Shown piece by piece: positions 17,760-25,981 of a stretch of DNA of 64,000 nt; the first letter of the stretch is position 1, and every line of letters begins with the position of its first letter. Below the pieces are notes generated by a model, which made no database searches, was not told where the DNA came from, and was given only the letters and a program-made list of their open reading frames with translations. The stretch is from an uncultured Bacteroides sp. (lineage in GTDB: Bacteria > Bacteroidota > Bacteroidia > Bacteroidales > GCA-2748055): positions 2,152 to 66,151 of the forward strand of contig CAZRPW010000002.1 in assembly GCA_964601975.1 (NCBI GenBank), written 5' to 3'. The position numbers and the translations under genes are program-made.

Positions 17760-18466
17760 AAACAAAACTACTCCCCTTATTGCTTCTTGCCATCCTTAGC
17801 GTCCGACCTGCGATAGCTCAGAACAATGCCTTTTGGGCCGGGTTCGGCATCCAGGCTTCCCGTATGGACGACCTGAAATACTACCAGGAACTGATCCTGA
17901 ATAACTGGCCGGTGGAAGGAAAGAAAACATCATCCTTCCCCATTTACACCACCGGCTCGTTTGGTTTCATGAAGCAGCTGTACCCTGCAGTGAGAATCGG
18001 AGGAGGATACAGCCACTCGGTCACCGGGGCAAAGTCAGACTATACCGACTATTCGGGTTATGTGAGCTCTGAAATGCTTGCTACATCACACCGGGCAGGC
18101 GCTTATGGATCTTATTTACTTCTGGGAGGTGATTGGATTGAGCTCTCCCTGAGCGGCAAGCTTGAAATAAAATACACCACCATTGAACTTACATCCTCCA
18201 TTTATGCCCTGGGTTATTCCGATCGGTATTCCACCCTGTACAGTTCGATTAGTCCGGGAGGATCGGCTGGACTGGAACTCCTGGTTCACCTTAGAGACTT
18301 TTCCTTTGGCCTGGAGGGAGCTTATGAAGCAGATGTGCCGGGCAAACTATATGACAGGGATACAAAGGATGACCTGCTTGATCCTGCGGACCCGGACCGC
18401 ATACTTACAAGCGACTGGAGTGGTTGGTACACTCAGTTAAAAGTCCTGTGGTGGATCGACAATTAG
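17756..18466 (+). CDS. Hypothetical small outer-membrane beta-barrel protein
   Basis: A signal peptide (AILSVRPAIAQN) is present. The sequence has alternating aromatic/Gly-rich strands and ends in an aromatic-rich strand (WYTQLKVLWWIDN). Confidence 0.5.
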   Translation: MKTKLLPLLLLAILSVRPAIAQNNAFWAGFGIQASRMDDLKYYQELILNNWPVEGKKTSSFPIYTTGSFGFMKQLYPAVRIGGGYSHSVTGAKSDYTDYSGYVSSEMLATSHRAGAYGSYLLLGGDWIELSLSGKLEIKYTTIELTSSIYALGYSDRYSTLYSSISPGGSAGLELLVHLRDFSFGLEGAYEADVPGKLYDRDTKDDLLDPADPDRILTSDWSGWYTQLKVLWWIDN

Positions 18467-18471
18467 CCATT

Positions 18472-19248
18472 TCATCCTTCCCTGATCATCCGGATAAATT
18501 CAGCGATCTTTTCCTCTGAAAAACCTCCTGCTTCAAGCATTCTGATAAATGCACTTCCAATTATGGCCCCGCTGGCAAAAGAACTGGCAGTGCTAAAGGT
18601 CTCATTGTTAAAAATGCCAAATCCCACCAGGCGGGGAATCTTCAGGTTCATGGACTCGATACGTCGAAAATAATCAAGCTGATGATCCTTTACCCCGGAT
18701 CGTGCCCCGGTGGTGGATGAATCTGCAACCATGTACATAAAACCCTTGCATAAGCCTGCAATTTTCAGGATTCTCTCCTCATCGGTATGCGGAGTAATGA
18801 GGAGAACATGGTGGATCCCATATTCTTCAAAGGTCTTTTGGTAAACCGCCTCATACTCATCCGGTGGAAGATCGGGAATGATCACTCCATCAATACCCAC
18901 CCGGCGGCAACTCTCCAGGAATTCTGTTATCCCAAACCTGAGAATGGGGTTCAGGTAGCCCATGAGCAACAAAGGGATCTGAACCCTCTCCCTTATATTT
19001 TCCAACTGAGAAAAGAGCAATGAGAGACTCATGCCATTGGCGAGCGCCAACTGGCTGCTATTCTGGATAACCGGACCATCGGCCAGGGGATCCGAAAAAG
19101 GAATTCCGATTTCCACCATATCGGCACCATGCGCCTGCAGGGCCTCCAAAATCCGGCAGGTATCATCCAGAGCCGGAAAACCGGCTGTCATATAAATGGA
19201 GAGGATATTTCCCTGTTTCTCCGTAAAAAGCGTATCAATTCTGTTCAT
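18472..19248 (-). CDS. trpA: Tryptophan synthase alpha subunit
   Basis: Motifs YMTAGFP, GADMVEIGIPFSDPLADGPVIQ and GFGI are present. It is the last gene of the trp operon. Confidence 0.95.
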   Translation of the reverse strand: MNRIDTLFTEKQGNILSIYMTAGFPALDDTCRILEALQAHGADMVEIGIPFSDPLADGPVIQNSSQLALANGMSLSLLFSQLENIRERVQIPLLLMGYLNPILRFGITEFLESCRRVGIDGVIIPDLPPDEYEAVYQKTFEEYGIHHVLLITPHTDEERILKIAGLCKGFMYMVADSSTTGARSGVKDHQLDYFRRIESMNLKIPRLVGFGIFNNETFSTASSFASGAIIGSAFIRMLEAGGFSEEKIAEFIRMIREG

Positions 19249-19257
19249 TCTTTCTCC

Positions 19258-20439
19258 TTATATATCCAGTTTAGCAATATAGGTCTCCATATCCTTATCT
19301 CCCCGGCCCGACAGGTTAACCACGACCACATCATCTGAGCCAAAAGATAGCTTCTCCAGTGCAGCCAGGGCATGAGCTGATTCCAGGGCCGGGATGATTC
19401 CCTCCTTCCGTGTGAGGAGCAATGCAGCCTGAAGCGCTTCATCATCAGTGGCTGAAAGCACCTTAGCCCTTCCCGAACTGGCCAGCCAGGCATGCAGTGG
19501 CCCCACTCCCGGATAATCGAGTCCGGCCGAAATAGAATACGGCTCCACAATCTGACCATCATGGTCCTGCATGAGCAGTGTTTTACTTCCATGTATAATC
19601 CCATGGCTTCCAAGAATGCTGGTGGCAGCTGAAGCGCCGGAATCCACACCCAGTCCGGCTGCCTCGACCGAGACCAGCTTCACTTCTGGATTATCCAGGT
19701 AGTGATAGTAAGCCCCCGCAGCATTACTTCCGCCTCCCACGCAGGCAATCACATAATCGGGGCACTCCCTGCCGGTTTTTTCAGCCAGTTGAATCCGCAT
19801 CTCACTGGAAATCACAGCCTGAAACCTGGTGACCATATCTGGATATGGATGAGGACCGACCACTGAACCGATGATATAATGTGTATCGACCGGATTGTTG
19901 ATCCAGTCACGAATGGCTTCATTGGTGGCATCCTTCAGGGTTTTACTCCCGCTGTATACAGGGATCACCTCGGCACCCAGCATCCTCATCTTTTTTACAT
20001 TGGGAGCCTGACGCTCTACATCCACCGCACCCATATATACGATACAATCCAGTCCGCTCAGGGCACAGACGGTTGCTGTAGCCACGCCATGTTGTCCGGC
20101 CCCGGTTTCGGCAATAATCCGCCGCTTACCCAGATGGCGTGCCAGGATAATCTGGCCCACTGTATTATTGATCTTATGCGCACCTGTGTGGTTCAGGTCC
20201 TCCCTTTTTAAGTAAATATTCGTGCCGTAGTATTCCGAAAGACGACCGGCTCTGTAAAGCGGACTGGGCCTCCCCACATAATCCTTCAATAGAGAGGTAT
20301 ATTCCTCCCTGAACGCTTCCGATTCAATAATCTCCAGGTAGCGCCCTTCAAGCTCCTTCACATTGGGGTATAGCATCTCCGGGATATAAGCCCCCCCAAA
20401 TGCACCGTAAAAACCTTTTTGATCCACACTGTATTTCAT
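19258..20439 (-). CDS. trpB: Tryptophan synthase beta subunit
   Basis: GRPSPLY, the PLP lysine motif LKREDLNHTGAHKINN, and GGGSNAAG are present. Confidence 0.97.
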   Translation of the reverse strand: MKYSVDQKGFYGAFGGAYIPEMLYPNVKELEGRYLEIIESEAFREEYTSLLKDYVGRPSPLYRAGRLSEYYGTNIYLKREDLNHTGAHKINNTVGQIILARHLGKRRIIAETGAGQHGVATATVCALSGLDCIVYMGAVDVERQAPNVKKMRMLGAEVIPVYSGSKTLKDATNEAIRDWINNPVDTHYIIGSVVGPHPYPDMVTRFQAVISSEMRIQLAEKTGRECPDYVIACVGGGSNAAGAYYHYLDNPEVKLVSVEAAGLGVDSGASAATSILGSHGIIHGSKTLLMQDHDGQIVEPYSISAGLDYPGVGPLHAWLASSGRAKVLSATDDEALQAALLLTRKEGIIPALESAHALAALEKLSFGSDDVVVVNLSGRGDKDMETYIAKLDI

Positions 20440-20451
20440 CTTTCCTATTTT

Positions 20452-21096
20452 CTAATTTCCATATTTTCTTATTCGCGCTATAAAATGCTCCAGTTTTTCA
20501 ATATTCTTCAGACCGGGGGCATCCTCAAACCTGCTGTTCACATCTACTCCACGGAACATCAGGTGATCAACCTTCCCAATGGCTGCTCCATCCTCAGGTC
20601 CGATTCCACCGCTGAGCAAAAACGGAACCGGAAGCGCATATGCACTAAGAAGATCCCAATCAAATTTTTGGCCTGTCCCCCCTTTGCCCTGGGCAGCTGC
20701 ATCAAAAAGGAAATAGTGAACCACCCCATAGTACTCCTCAAGGCTACCTGGCGTCAATAATTGATCCGGGCCAAGAGCCTTTATCACATGCACCCCTTCA
20801 TTCACAAGCGACTTGCAATAATCCGGAGACTCGTTGCCATGTAACTGCACCACATCGAGCCAACCCAGCTCAAGCTTACTTCTGACTGATAAGACAGGCT
20901 CATTCACAAAAACCCCCACCCTCGATACCCTGTCTTCGGGAATATGAAAAAGGGCCTCATCAGGTTTATCACCCACATACCTTTTCGATCCACGGAAAAA
21001 TATATATCCAACGAAATCGGGTCCCAGCTCACAAAGCTGTTCAATATTTCCAGGCTCGGTCATGCCGCAAACCTTTATCTTCAGTCCATCGCTCAT
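20452..21096 (-). CDS. trpF: Phosphoribosylanthranilate isomerase
   Basis: LKIKVCGMT, VQLHGNES and LLSGGI are present. I chose the ATG at 21096; the track start at 21114 is a TTG. Confidence 0.9.
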   Translation of the reverse strand: MSDGLKIKVCGMTEPGNIEQLCELGPDFVGYIFFRGSKRYVGDKPDEALFHIPEDRVSRVGVFVNEPVLSVRSKLELGWLDVVQLHGNESPDYCKSLVNEGVHVIKALGPDQLLTPGSLEEYYGVVHYFLFDAAAQGKGGTGQKFDWDLLSAYALPVPFLLSGGIGPEDGAAIGKVDHLMFRGVDVNSRFEDAPGLKNIEKLEHFIARIRKYGN

Positions 21097-21100
21097 CACT

Positions 21101-21877
21101 TCAAAGTTTTTCAATGAAACTCCTGCAGGCCTCGCCCGGATCGCTCTGCTTCATAAAGCGCTCTCCCATAAGGAAGAGCTTAAAACCTGCTTCGAACAGC
21201 AAAGCAATTTCTCCGGGAGAGTTGATGCCGCTTTCAGAGACCGGAATTACGCCTTCGGGCATCTTCCCGATCAGGTCCAAGCTGCGTCCTGTATCCACCT
21301 GGAAGGTCTTCAGGTCTCTGTTATTCACCCCCACAAAACCAATAGAAGGCACATACTTCTCCAACTCAGCTTCATCATGCACCTCGAGCAACACATGCAT
21401 CCCGAGCGCTTCAGCTTCGCCTGCCAGATCAGCCAGCTCCTGCTTTCCGAGAATTGCAGCAATGAGCAGGATCATATCCGCACCATAGGCACTTGCTTCA
21501 TGAACCTGGTAAGGATCGATGATGAAATCCTTCCTCAGCAGGGGCAGACCGGGACAGGCCTCCCTGGCATCCGCAAGGTCACGGAACGATCCTCCAAAAA
21601 ACTTCCGGTCGGTGAGTACACTCATCACGGAAACACCTGCTGCCTGGTAGGCAAGCGCTACCTCCTTTGGATCTGACTTTATATTCAAAGCACCTTTGGA
21701 AGGTGATCTGCGCTTGAACTCGGCGATAATCCCCGGCTTTCCTTCCCCGGGCAGTATAATGGGGTTGACCTTTCTCCGGTAGTTGGGAAAAGAGGCCAGA
21801 TTTGACAGGGGGCGCTTCTGTTTCCTGAGCAGCAGCTCCATCCTTTTGTGTTCAACGATGGTATCCAGAATATTCAT
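21101..21877 (-). CDS. trpC: Indole-3-glycerol-phosphate synthase
   Basis: IIAEFKRRSPSKG, LRKDFIIDPYQV, VGVNNRDL and SESGI are present. Confidence 0.95.
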   Translation of the reverse strand: MNILDTIVEHKRMELLLRKQKRPLSNLASFPNYRRKVNPIILPGEGKPGIIAEFKRRSPSKGALNIKSDPKEVALAYQAAGVSVMSVLTDRKFFGGSFRDLADAREACPGLPLLRKDFIIDPYQVHEASAYGADMILLIAAILGKQELADLAGEAEALGMHVLLEVHDEAELEKYVPSIGFVGVNNRDLKTFQVDTGRSLDLIGKMPEGVIPVSESGINSPGEIALLFEAGFKLFLMGERFMKQSDPGEACRSFIEKL

Positions 21878-22869
21878 TATTTACCCTCCACCAGATTTGT
21901 AAATGCTTCAAGGGCGGCCCCCGATTTCAGCGAGATCCTTGCACGCTCAAGCGAATTGTCCAATCCCTGGTCCTCATCCATACAATAAAGGGCAAAGGCC
22001 GCATTTGCCAGAACCACATCGTTCTGCGCCTTCGTGCCATTGCCCTTCAGGATCTCCAGAAAGATTCCGGCTGCCTCCTCCACGGTGGATCCGCCATAGA
22101 TTGCCCCTGCCTGTACTAGTTCAAGACCCAAATCTTTTGGTGAAAGGGTTCGCTCAGTTTTCAGAGTAAGTGCCTTAAATGAGCCCGTCAGAGAAATTTC
22201 ATCATAACCATCCATGGAGTGTATGATGCAATACTTCTTCCCGGACTCCTGGTACAAATAGTGGTAGAGCCTGGCCACATCCAGACTAAACACTCCCACC
22301 ATTTGGTTGCCGGGTGATGAGGGATTTACCATGGGACCCAGCATATTGAAAAAGGTTTTAATACGCAGGCTCCGTCGAACAGGAGCCACATTCTTCATGG
22401 CCGGATTAAACAACGGGGCATGCAGAAAACAAATGTTGTAGCGATCTATCTCCCGCCTTAACTGGTCCGGATCGTTAGAAAACTTATACCCGTAATACTC
22501 CAGCACATTCGAGGAGCCACAGGCCGATGAGACACTGTAATTGCCATGTTTTGCAACCTTCTCCCCTGCCCCGGCAACCACGAAGGAAGTGAGGGTGGAA
22601 ATATTGAAGGTGTTTTTCTCATCCCCCCCGGTTCCACACACATCGATTGTATTAAAATCCGACAGGTCCACCGGTTGGCAAAGGTCCATCAGTGCATCCC
22701 GGAACCCTGCCAGCTCTTGTACTGTAATGCTCCTCATAAGGTATACCGAAATAAAGGCTGCAATCTCAGCATCATTATACTTACCCCCGGCCATGTTGGT
22801 CATAATCCGACGGGCATCTTCTTTTCCCAGGGTCCTGTGATCAAATAAATATTGTAATGTGTCTTTCAT
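21877..22869 (-). CDS. trpD: Anthranilate phosphoribosyltransferase
   Basis: IDVCGTGGD, FNISTLTSFVVAGAG..VAKHGN and NMLGPMVNP are present. It overlaps the trpC start by 1 nt. Confidence 0.95.
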   Translation of the reverse strand: MKDTLQYLFDHRTLGKEDARRIMTNMAGGKYNDAEIAAFISVYLMRSITVQELAGFRDALMDLCQPVDLSDFNTIDVCGTGGDEKNTFNISTLTSFVVAGAGEKVAKHGNYSVSSACGSSNVLEYYGYKFSNDPDQLRREIDRYNICFLHAPLFNPAMKNVAPVRRSLRIKTFFNMLGPMVNPSSPGNQMVGVFSLDVARLYHYLYQESGKKYCIIHSMDGYDEISLTGSFKALTLKTERTLSPKDLGLELVQAGAIYGGSTVEEAAGIFLEILKGNGTKAQNDVVLANAAFALYCMDEDQGLDNSLERARISLKSGAALEAFTNLVEGK

Positions 22870-22900
22870 AAAAATATCGTTTCACTTATTTAGCAAGTGG

Positions 22901-23009
22901 TTAATAGCAAATAGTTATTGGTGAACAGTAAATAGCAATTAGTTATTGGCAATTAGTAATTAGGAAGACCCATTTGCCAATTGCTATTTGCTATGTACCA
23001 TTTGCTATT
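22901..23009. repeat. Intra-operon repeat/hairpin element between trpG and trpD
   Basis: The octamer AATAGCAA occurs at 22903 and 22931. Its reverse complement TTGCTATT occurs at 22981 and 23002, and as 7/8 at 22988. Two ~25-nt direct repeats have a ~27-nt period: TTAATAGCAAATAGTTATTGGTGAA at 22901-22925 and GTAAATAGCAATTAGTTATTGGCAA at 22928-22952. An inverted partner TTGCCAATTGCTATTT lies at 22975-22990. Confidence 0.6.
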
Positions 23010-23574
23010 TTTTTACCCAATTCAATATCATCTTCCCTCCAAACTCGGTCAAAACCGATTCGGGATGAAACTGCACCCCCCTCACATCATGTTCCCGGTG
23101 TCGCAGGGCCATAATAAAACCCTCATCATTTTCAACGGTAACTTCCAGTGCTGCGGGAAGTGTTTCAGGCTCCACCACCCAGGAGTGATATCTGCCTGCA
23201 TCAAAATCCACCGGGACACCCTCCAGCAGATAATCACCCTCAATCACCTGTTTCATTTGTCCGCTCACACCATGGTAAACCTTCGAAAGGTTTACAATTG
23301 AGCCACCGTATGCCTGGGCAATGGCCTGGTGACCCAGGCAAACGCCAAGGATGCTTTTTGTAGCGCCATATCTCTTTATCATCTCCAGGGTAATCCCCGC
23401 TTCTTCAGGTATTCCCGGCCCCGGACTAATAAGGACCTTATCATACTTATCAACTTCATCCAGGGAAATCTGGTCGTTTCTGAAGACATCCACAGGCTGC
23501 TTTATGACCCTCTCAATGTATTGGACAAGGTTGTAGGTGAATGAATCGTAATTATCAAGTACCAGTATCTTCAT
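23005..23574 (-). CDS. trpG: Anthranilate synthase component II (glutamine amidotransferase)
   Basis: MKILVLDNYDSFTYNLVQY, the catalytic Cys motif GVCLGHQAI, and FHPES are present. The ATG is at 23574. Confidence 0.93.
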   Translation of the reverse strand: MKILVLDNYDSFTYNLVQYIERVIKQPVDVFRNDQISLDEVDKYDKVLISPGPGIPEEAGITLEMIKRYGATKSILGVCLGHQAIAQAYGGSIVNLSKVYHGVSGQMKQVIEGDYLLEGVPVDFDAGRYHSWVVEPETLPAALEVTVENDEGFIMALRHREHDVRGVQFHPESVLTEFGGKMILNWVKK

Positions 23575-23581
23575 TGTCTTT

Positions 23582-25000
23582 CTATTTATCATGATTAAGG
23601 CCCTGGGCCATTTTAATTGCAGATTTCAAGGCAGCCAGCTTATTGTTCACTTCTTGCAGTTCGCCCTCTTCGGTCGACTCAGATACCACACCGGCACCAG
23701 CCTGGTAGTAGAGTACGTGATCACGTGAGAGGAAGGAACGGATCATAATGGCATGATTGATATCACCATTGAAGCGAATGAATCCGATGGTTCCTCCGTA
23801 GTAACCCCGGCGCTTCCCTTCATAACGGTCGATCAGCTCCATGGCCTTGTATTTCGGAGCTCCTGAAAGCGTTCCGGCAGGAAAGGACTCTGCCATGATC
23901 CGGATGGTATCCGCATTTTCAGGAAGGGTCCCTGACACCTTTGAAACCATGTGGATCACGTGCGAAAAGAACTGGATCTCGCGATAAAACTCAACCCTTA
24001 CCTGGTCGGTGGTCCTGCTCAAATCATTTCTTGCAAGGTCTACCAGCATCACGTGCTCAGCATTTTCCTTATCATCATTTGCCAGTTTTATGGCAAGTTC
24101 CTGATCCTCCCGGTCATTTCCCGTCCGCTTGAAAGTACCCGCAATGGGATTTATACTGGCCTTCCCTCCTTTCACTTCGATCTGGGCCTCGGGGGAAGAA
24201 CCAAATATCCTGTAGCTTCCATAGTCAAAGTAGAAAAGGTAAGGGGAGGGATTTATAGATCTCAGGGCCCTGTATACATTAAATTCATCACCGGTAAAGG
24301 ATTGAGAGAACTGCCTTGAAAGAACAATCTGGAACACATCTCCTCTGAAGCAATGCTCTTTTCCCTTGCTTACCATATTGCGATAATCCTCATCACTCAG
24401 GTTAGACATCTCGCTACCCTCCAGGTCAAAACCGTAGGTAGCGATATTCCGGTTGTGCAAAAGAGAACTTACCTTATCTATCTCGCTCTCCCCTCCATTA
24501 ATAATGTGTTCGAAAAGCGTAAGTTCATTTGAAAAATGGTTGATCGCAAGTACAAAACGAAAGAAATTGTAGCGCAGTTCCGGGATCTCCTCCTTTTCCG
24601 GCATAGGAGAAGAGAAAGTAATATCTTCGAAATACTGAACAGCATCATAGGAAGTATAACCAAATACACCATCGACCATCATATCCTCAGCGCCAGCGCT
24701 AATCTCAAATGAGGAAATAAACTGGTTGAGCTGCTCTACTGCCCCCTGCTTTTTGCTCAGCGGAGTCTGAACAGTCTCTTCCCCGGGCATGGAGATGCTG
24801 CACTGGCCCCGATGTACCATCAGTTCAGCCACAGGATCCATGCAGATGAAGGAGTAGGAATTCTCCTTGCTGTGATAATCAGAACTCTCCAGCAAGAGGG
24901 AGTTAGGGTATATATCTCTTACTTTCAGGTAAATGCTGACGGGCGTAATGATATCAGCAAGAATTTTTCGGGATTCAACCCTGATGCTTGTTTTGGTCAT
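23582..25000 (-). CDS. trpE: Anthranilate synthase component I
   Basis: LLESS, PSPYLFYF, the chorismate-binding domain motif GTLSGAPK and GGTIGF are present. Confidence 0.95.
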   Translation of the reverse strand: MTKTSIRVESRKILADIITPVSIYLKVRDIYPNSLLLESSDYHSKENSYSFICMDPVAELMVHRGQCSISMPGEETVQTPLSKKQGAVEQLNQFISSFEISAGAEDMMVDGVFGYTSYDAVQYFEDITFSSPMPEKEEIPELRYNFFRFVLAINHFSNELTLFEHIINGGESEIDKVSSLLHNRNIATYGFDLEGSEMSNLSDEDYRNMVSKGKEHCFRGDVFQIVLSRQFSQSFTGDEFNVYRALRSINPSPYLFYFDYGSYRIFGSSPEAQIEVKGGKASINPIAGTFKRTGNDREDQELAIKLANDDKENAEHVMLVDLARNDLSRTTDQVRVEFYREIQFFSHVIHMVSKVSGTLPENADTIRIMAESFPAGTLSGAPKYKAMELIDRYEGKRRGYYGGTIGFIRFNGDINHAIMIRSFLSRDHVLYYQAGAGVVSESTEEGELQEVNNKLAALKSAIKMAQGLNHDK

Positions 25001-25019
25001 TTTTTTAATTTTTTGTCAT

Positions 25020-25052
25020 AAAAAAAGGCTTCCCCGCCGTGGCGGGGAAGCC
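25020..25052 (-). terminator. Attenuator terminator hairpin in the trp leader
   Basis: The minus-strand RNA reads GGCUUCCCCGCC-AC-GGCGGGGAAGCC: 12-nt perfectly complementary arms from 25027 to 25052. The innermost pairs must open to form a loop. The hairpin is followed by UUUUUUU (25020-25026), and the trpE ATG at 25000 lies 20 nt further downstream. Confidence 0.8.
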
Positions 25053-25081
25053 CTTATAATGTTATGCACAAATAGGGTAAC

Positions 25082-25141
25082 CTACGCTCCGGCCTTACGG
25101 ATCATAAATTGCCACCACCAAAATGTGCGATTAAGTTTCAT
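25082..25141 (-). CDS. trp operon leader peptide (19 codons, three tandem Trp codons)
   Basis: Minus-strand ATG AAA CTT AAT CGC ACA TTT TGG TGG TGG CAA TTT ATG ATC CGT AAG GCC GGA GCG TAG translates to MKLNRTFWWWQFMIRKAGA*. The TGG triplet lies at 25112-25120. The ORF ends 29 nt upstream of the terminator stem. Confidence 0.7.
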   Translation of the reverse strand: MKLNRTFWWWQFMIRKAGA

Positions 25142-25231
25142 GTCTTTGTGTTTACAGGGATCAAAATAAGAGAAAGATTTCTATTAATCCAAATTTGATT
25201 ACTTTCGAGTTTGAATTTTCAGGATCATTCA

Positions 25232-25981
25232 ATGGCAAATAAATACTTAAGGAATATTGCACTCTTCTTCACCATCTGGGTGATAGTCATGGTTATATAC
25301 GCTGTGTCGTCCAGGGTAACAGACCTCGAATATCTCTGGAAATTTTTTTTACTTCCCGCCCTCTTTCTTTCGTTAATTGCTGCCCTGGCAACCACTTTTG
25401 AGCATCTATTCAAAGTCAGAAAGGGAATCAACTGGATATTTCTGGCGCTTGCCGTAGGCTGCGACCAGGGCATAAAGGCCTGGCTCTTCTCCCTTGAATG
25501 GGAATCCATCTCCATCCCCTTGATTAAACCTGTATTTTTCATCGAGCCCACTCAGAATACCCTGGGCTCGTACCTCTGGGTATTACTGGGATTAAAGGAA
25601 GGCTCCCATCTGCTCAATATCATTCTTTTCAGCCTCATTGGCATCCTCTTCATAGAGATCTGGCGCTTCTATGTAAGCAGAAAGCGGAACTCCTTCTGGA
25701 TCAATGGGTTTATCCACCTTTTCCTGGCCGGACTCCTGGCCAATTTGATTGATAATGCCTTCTGGGGAGGATCCTTGGATTATATAACCATCAAGCCCTT
25801 TTATACCTTCGATTTGAAGGATCTCTACATCACCCTCTGCGAACTCTTCCTGATCACAGAACTGATCGACAATAAGTTGCTAAAGAGATTCCTGAACATG
25901 CCGAAGGAGGACAGCAAGCGAATCAATAAGGACTTTTTCGCATTTATAAAAAAAGATTTCCGAATCGGCAGGAAGTCTTAA
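25232..25981 (+). CDS. Divergent signal peptidase II (LspA)-like polytopic membrane protein
   Basis: The LspA-like motifs are CDQGIKAW (compare lDQ.tK), NTLGSY (compare N.GaaF), LANLIDNAFWGGSLDYI (compare GN..DR...G.VvDf) and FDLKDLYI (compare FN.AD..I). There are extra N-terminal TM helices and a basic C-terminal tail. The assignment is tentative. Confidence 0.5.
   Translation: MANKYLRNIALFFTIWVIVMVIYAVSSRVTDLEYLWKFFLLPALFLSLIAALATTFEHLFKVRKGINWIFLALAVGCDQGIKAWLFSLEWESISIPLIKPVFFIEPTQNTLGSYLWVLLGLKEGSHLLNIILFSLIGILFIEIWRFYVSRKRNSFWINGFIHLFLAGLLANLIDNAFWGGSLDYITIKPFYTFDLKDLYITLCELFLITELIDNKLLKRFLNMPKEDSKRINKDFFAFIKKDFRIGRKS

Noticed and set aside
19245-19649. 134-aa minus-strand ORF overlapping trpB in another frame
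   Set aside because: It is an out-of-frame overlap with a near-perfectly conserved trpB coding sequence. The product is Trp/Arg/Pro-rich and nonsense-like.
22870-23009. CRISPR-like or tRNA-like interpretation of the trpG-trpD repeats
   Set aside because: There are only two direct repeats plus inverted copies, with no spacers of uniform length, no cas genes and no cloverleaf. It is reported instead as an intra-operon repeat/hairpin element.
25142-25170. Near-match to the TAnnTTTG promoter motif (TTATTTTG) upstream of the trp leader ORF
   Set aside because: It is one T short of the consensus spacing and lies only ~20 nt from the leader ATG. It is not convincing without 5'-end data.
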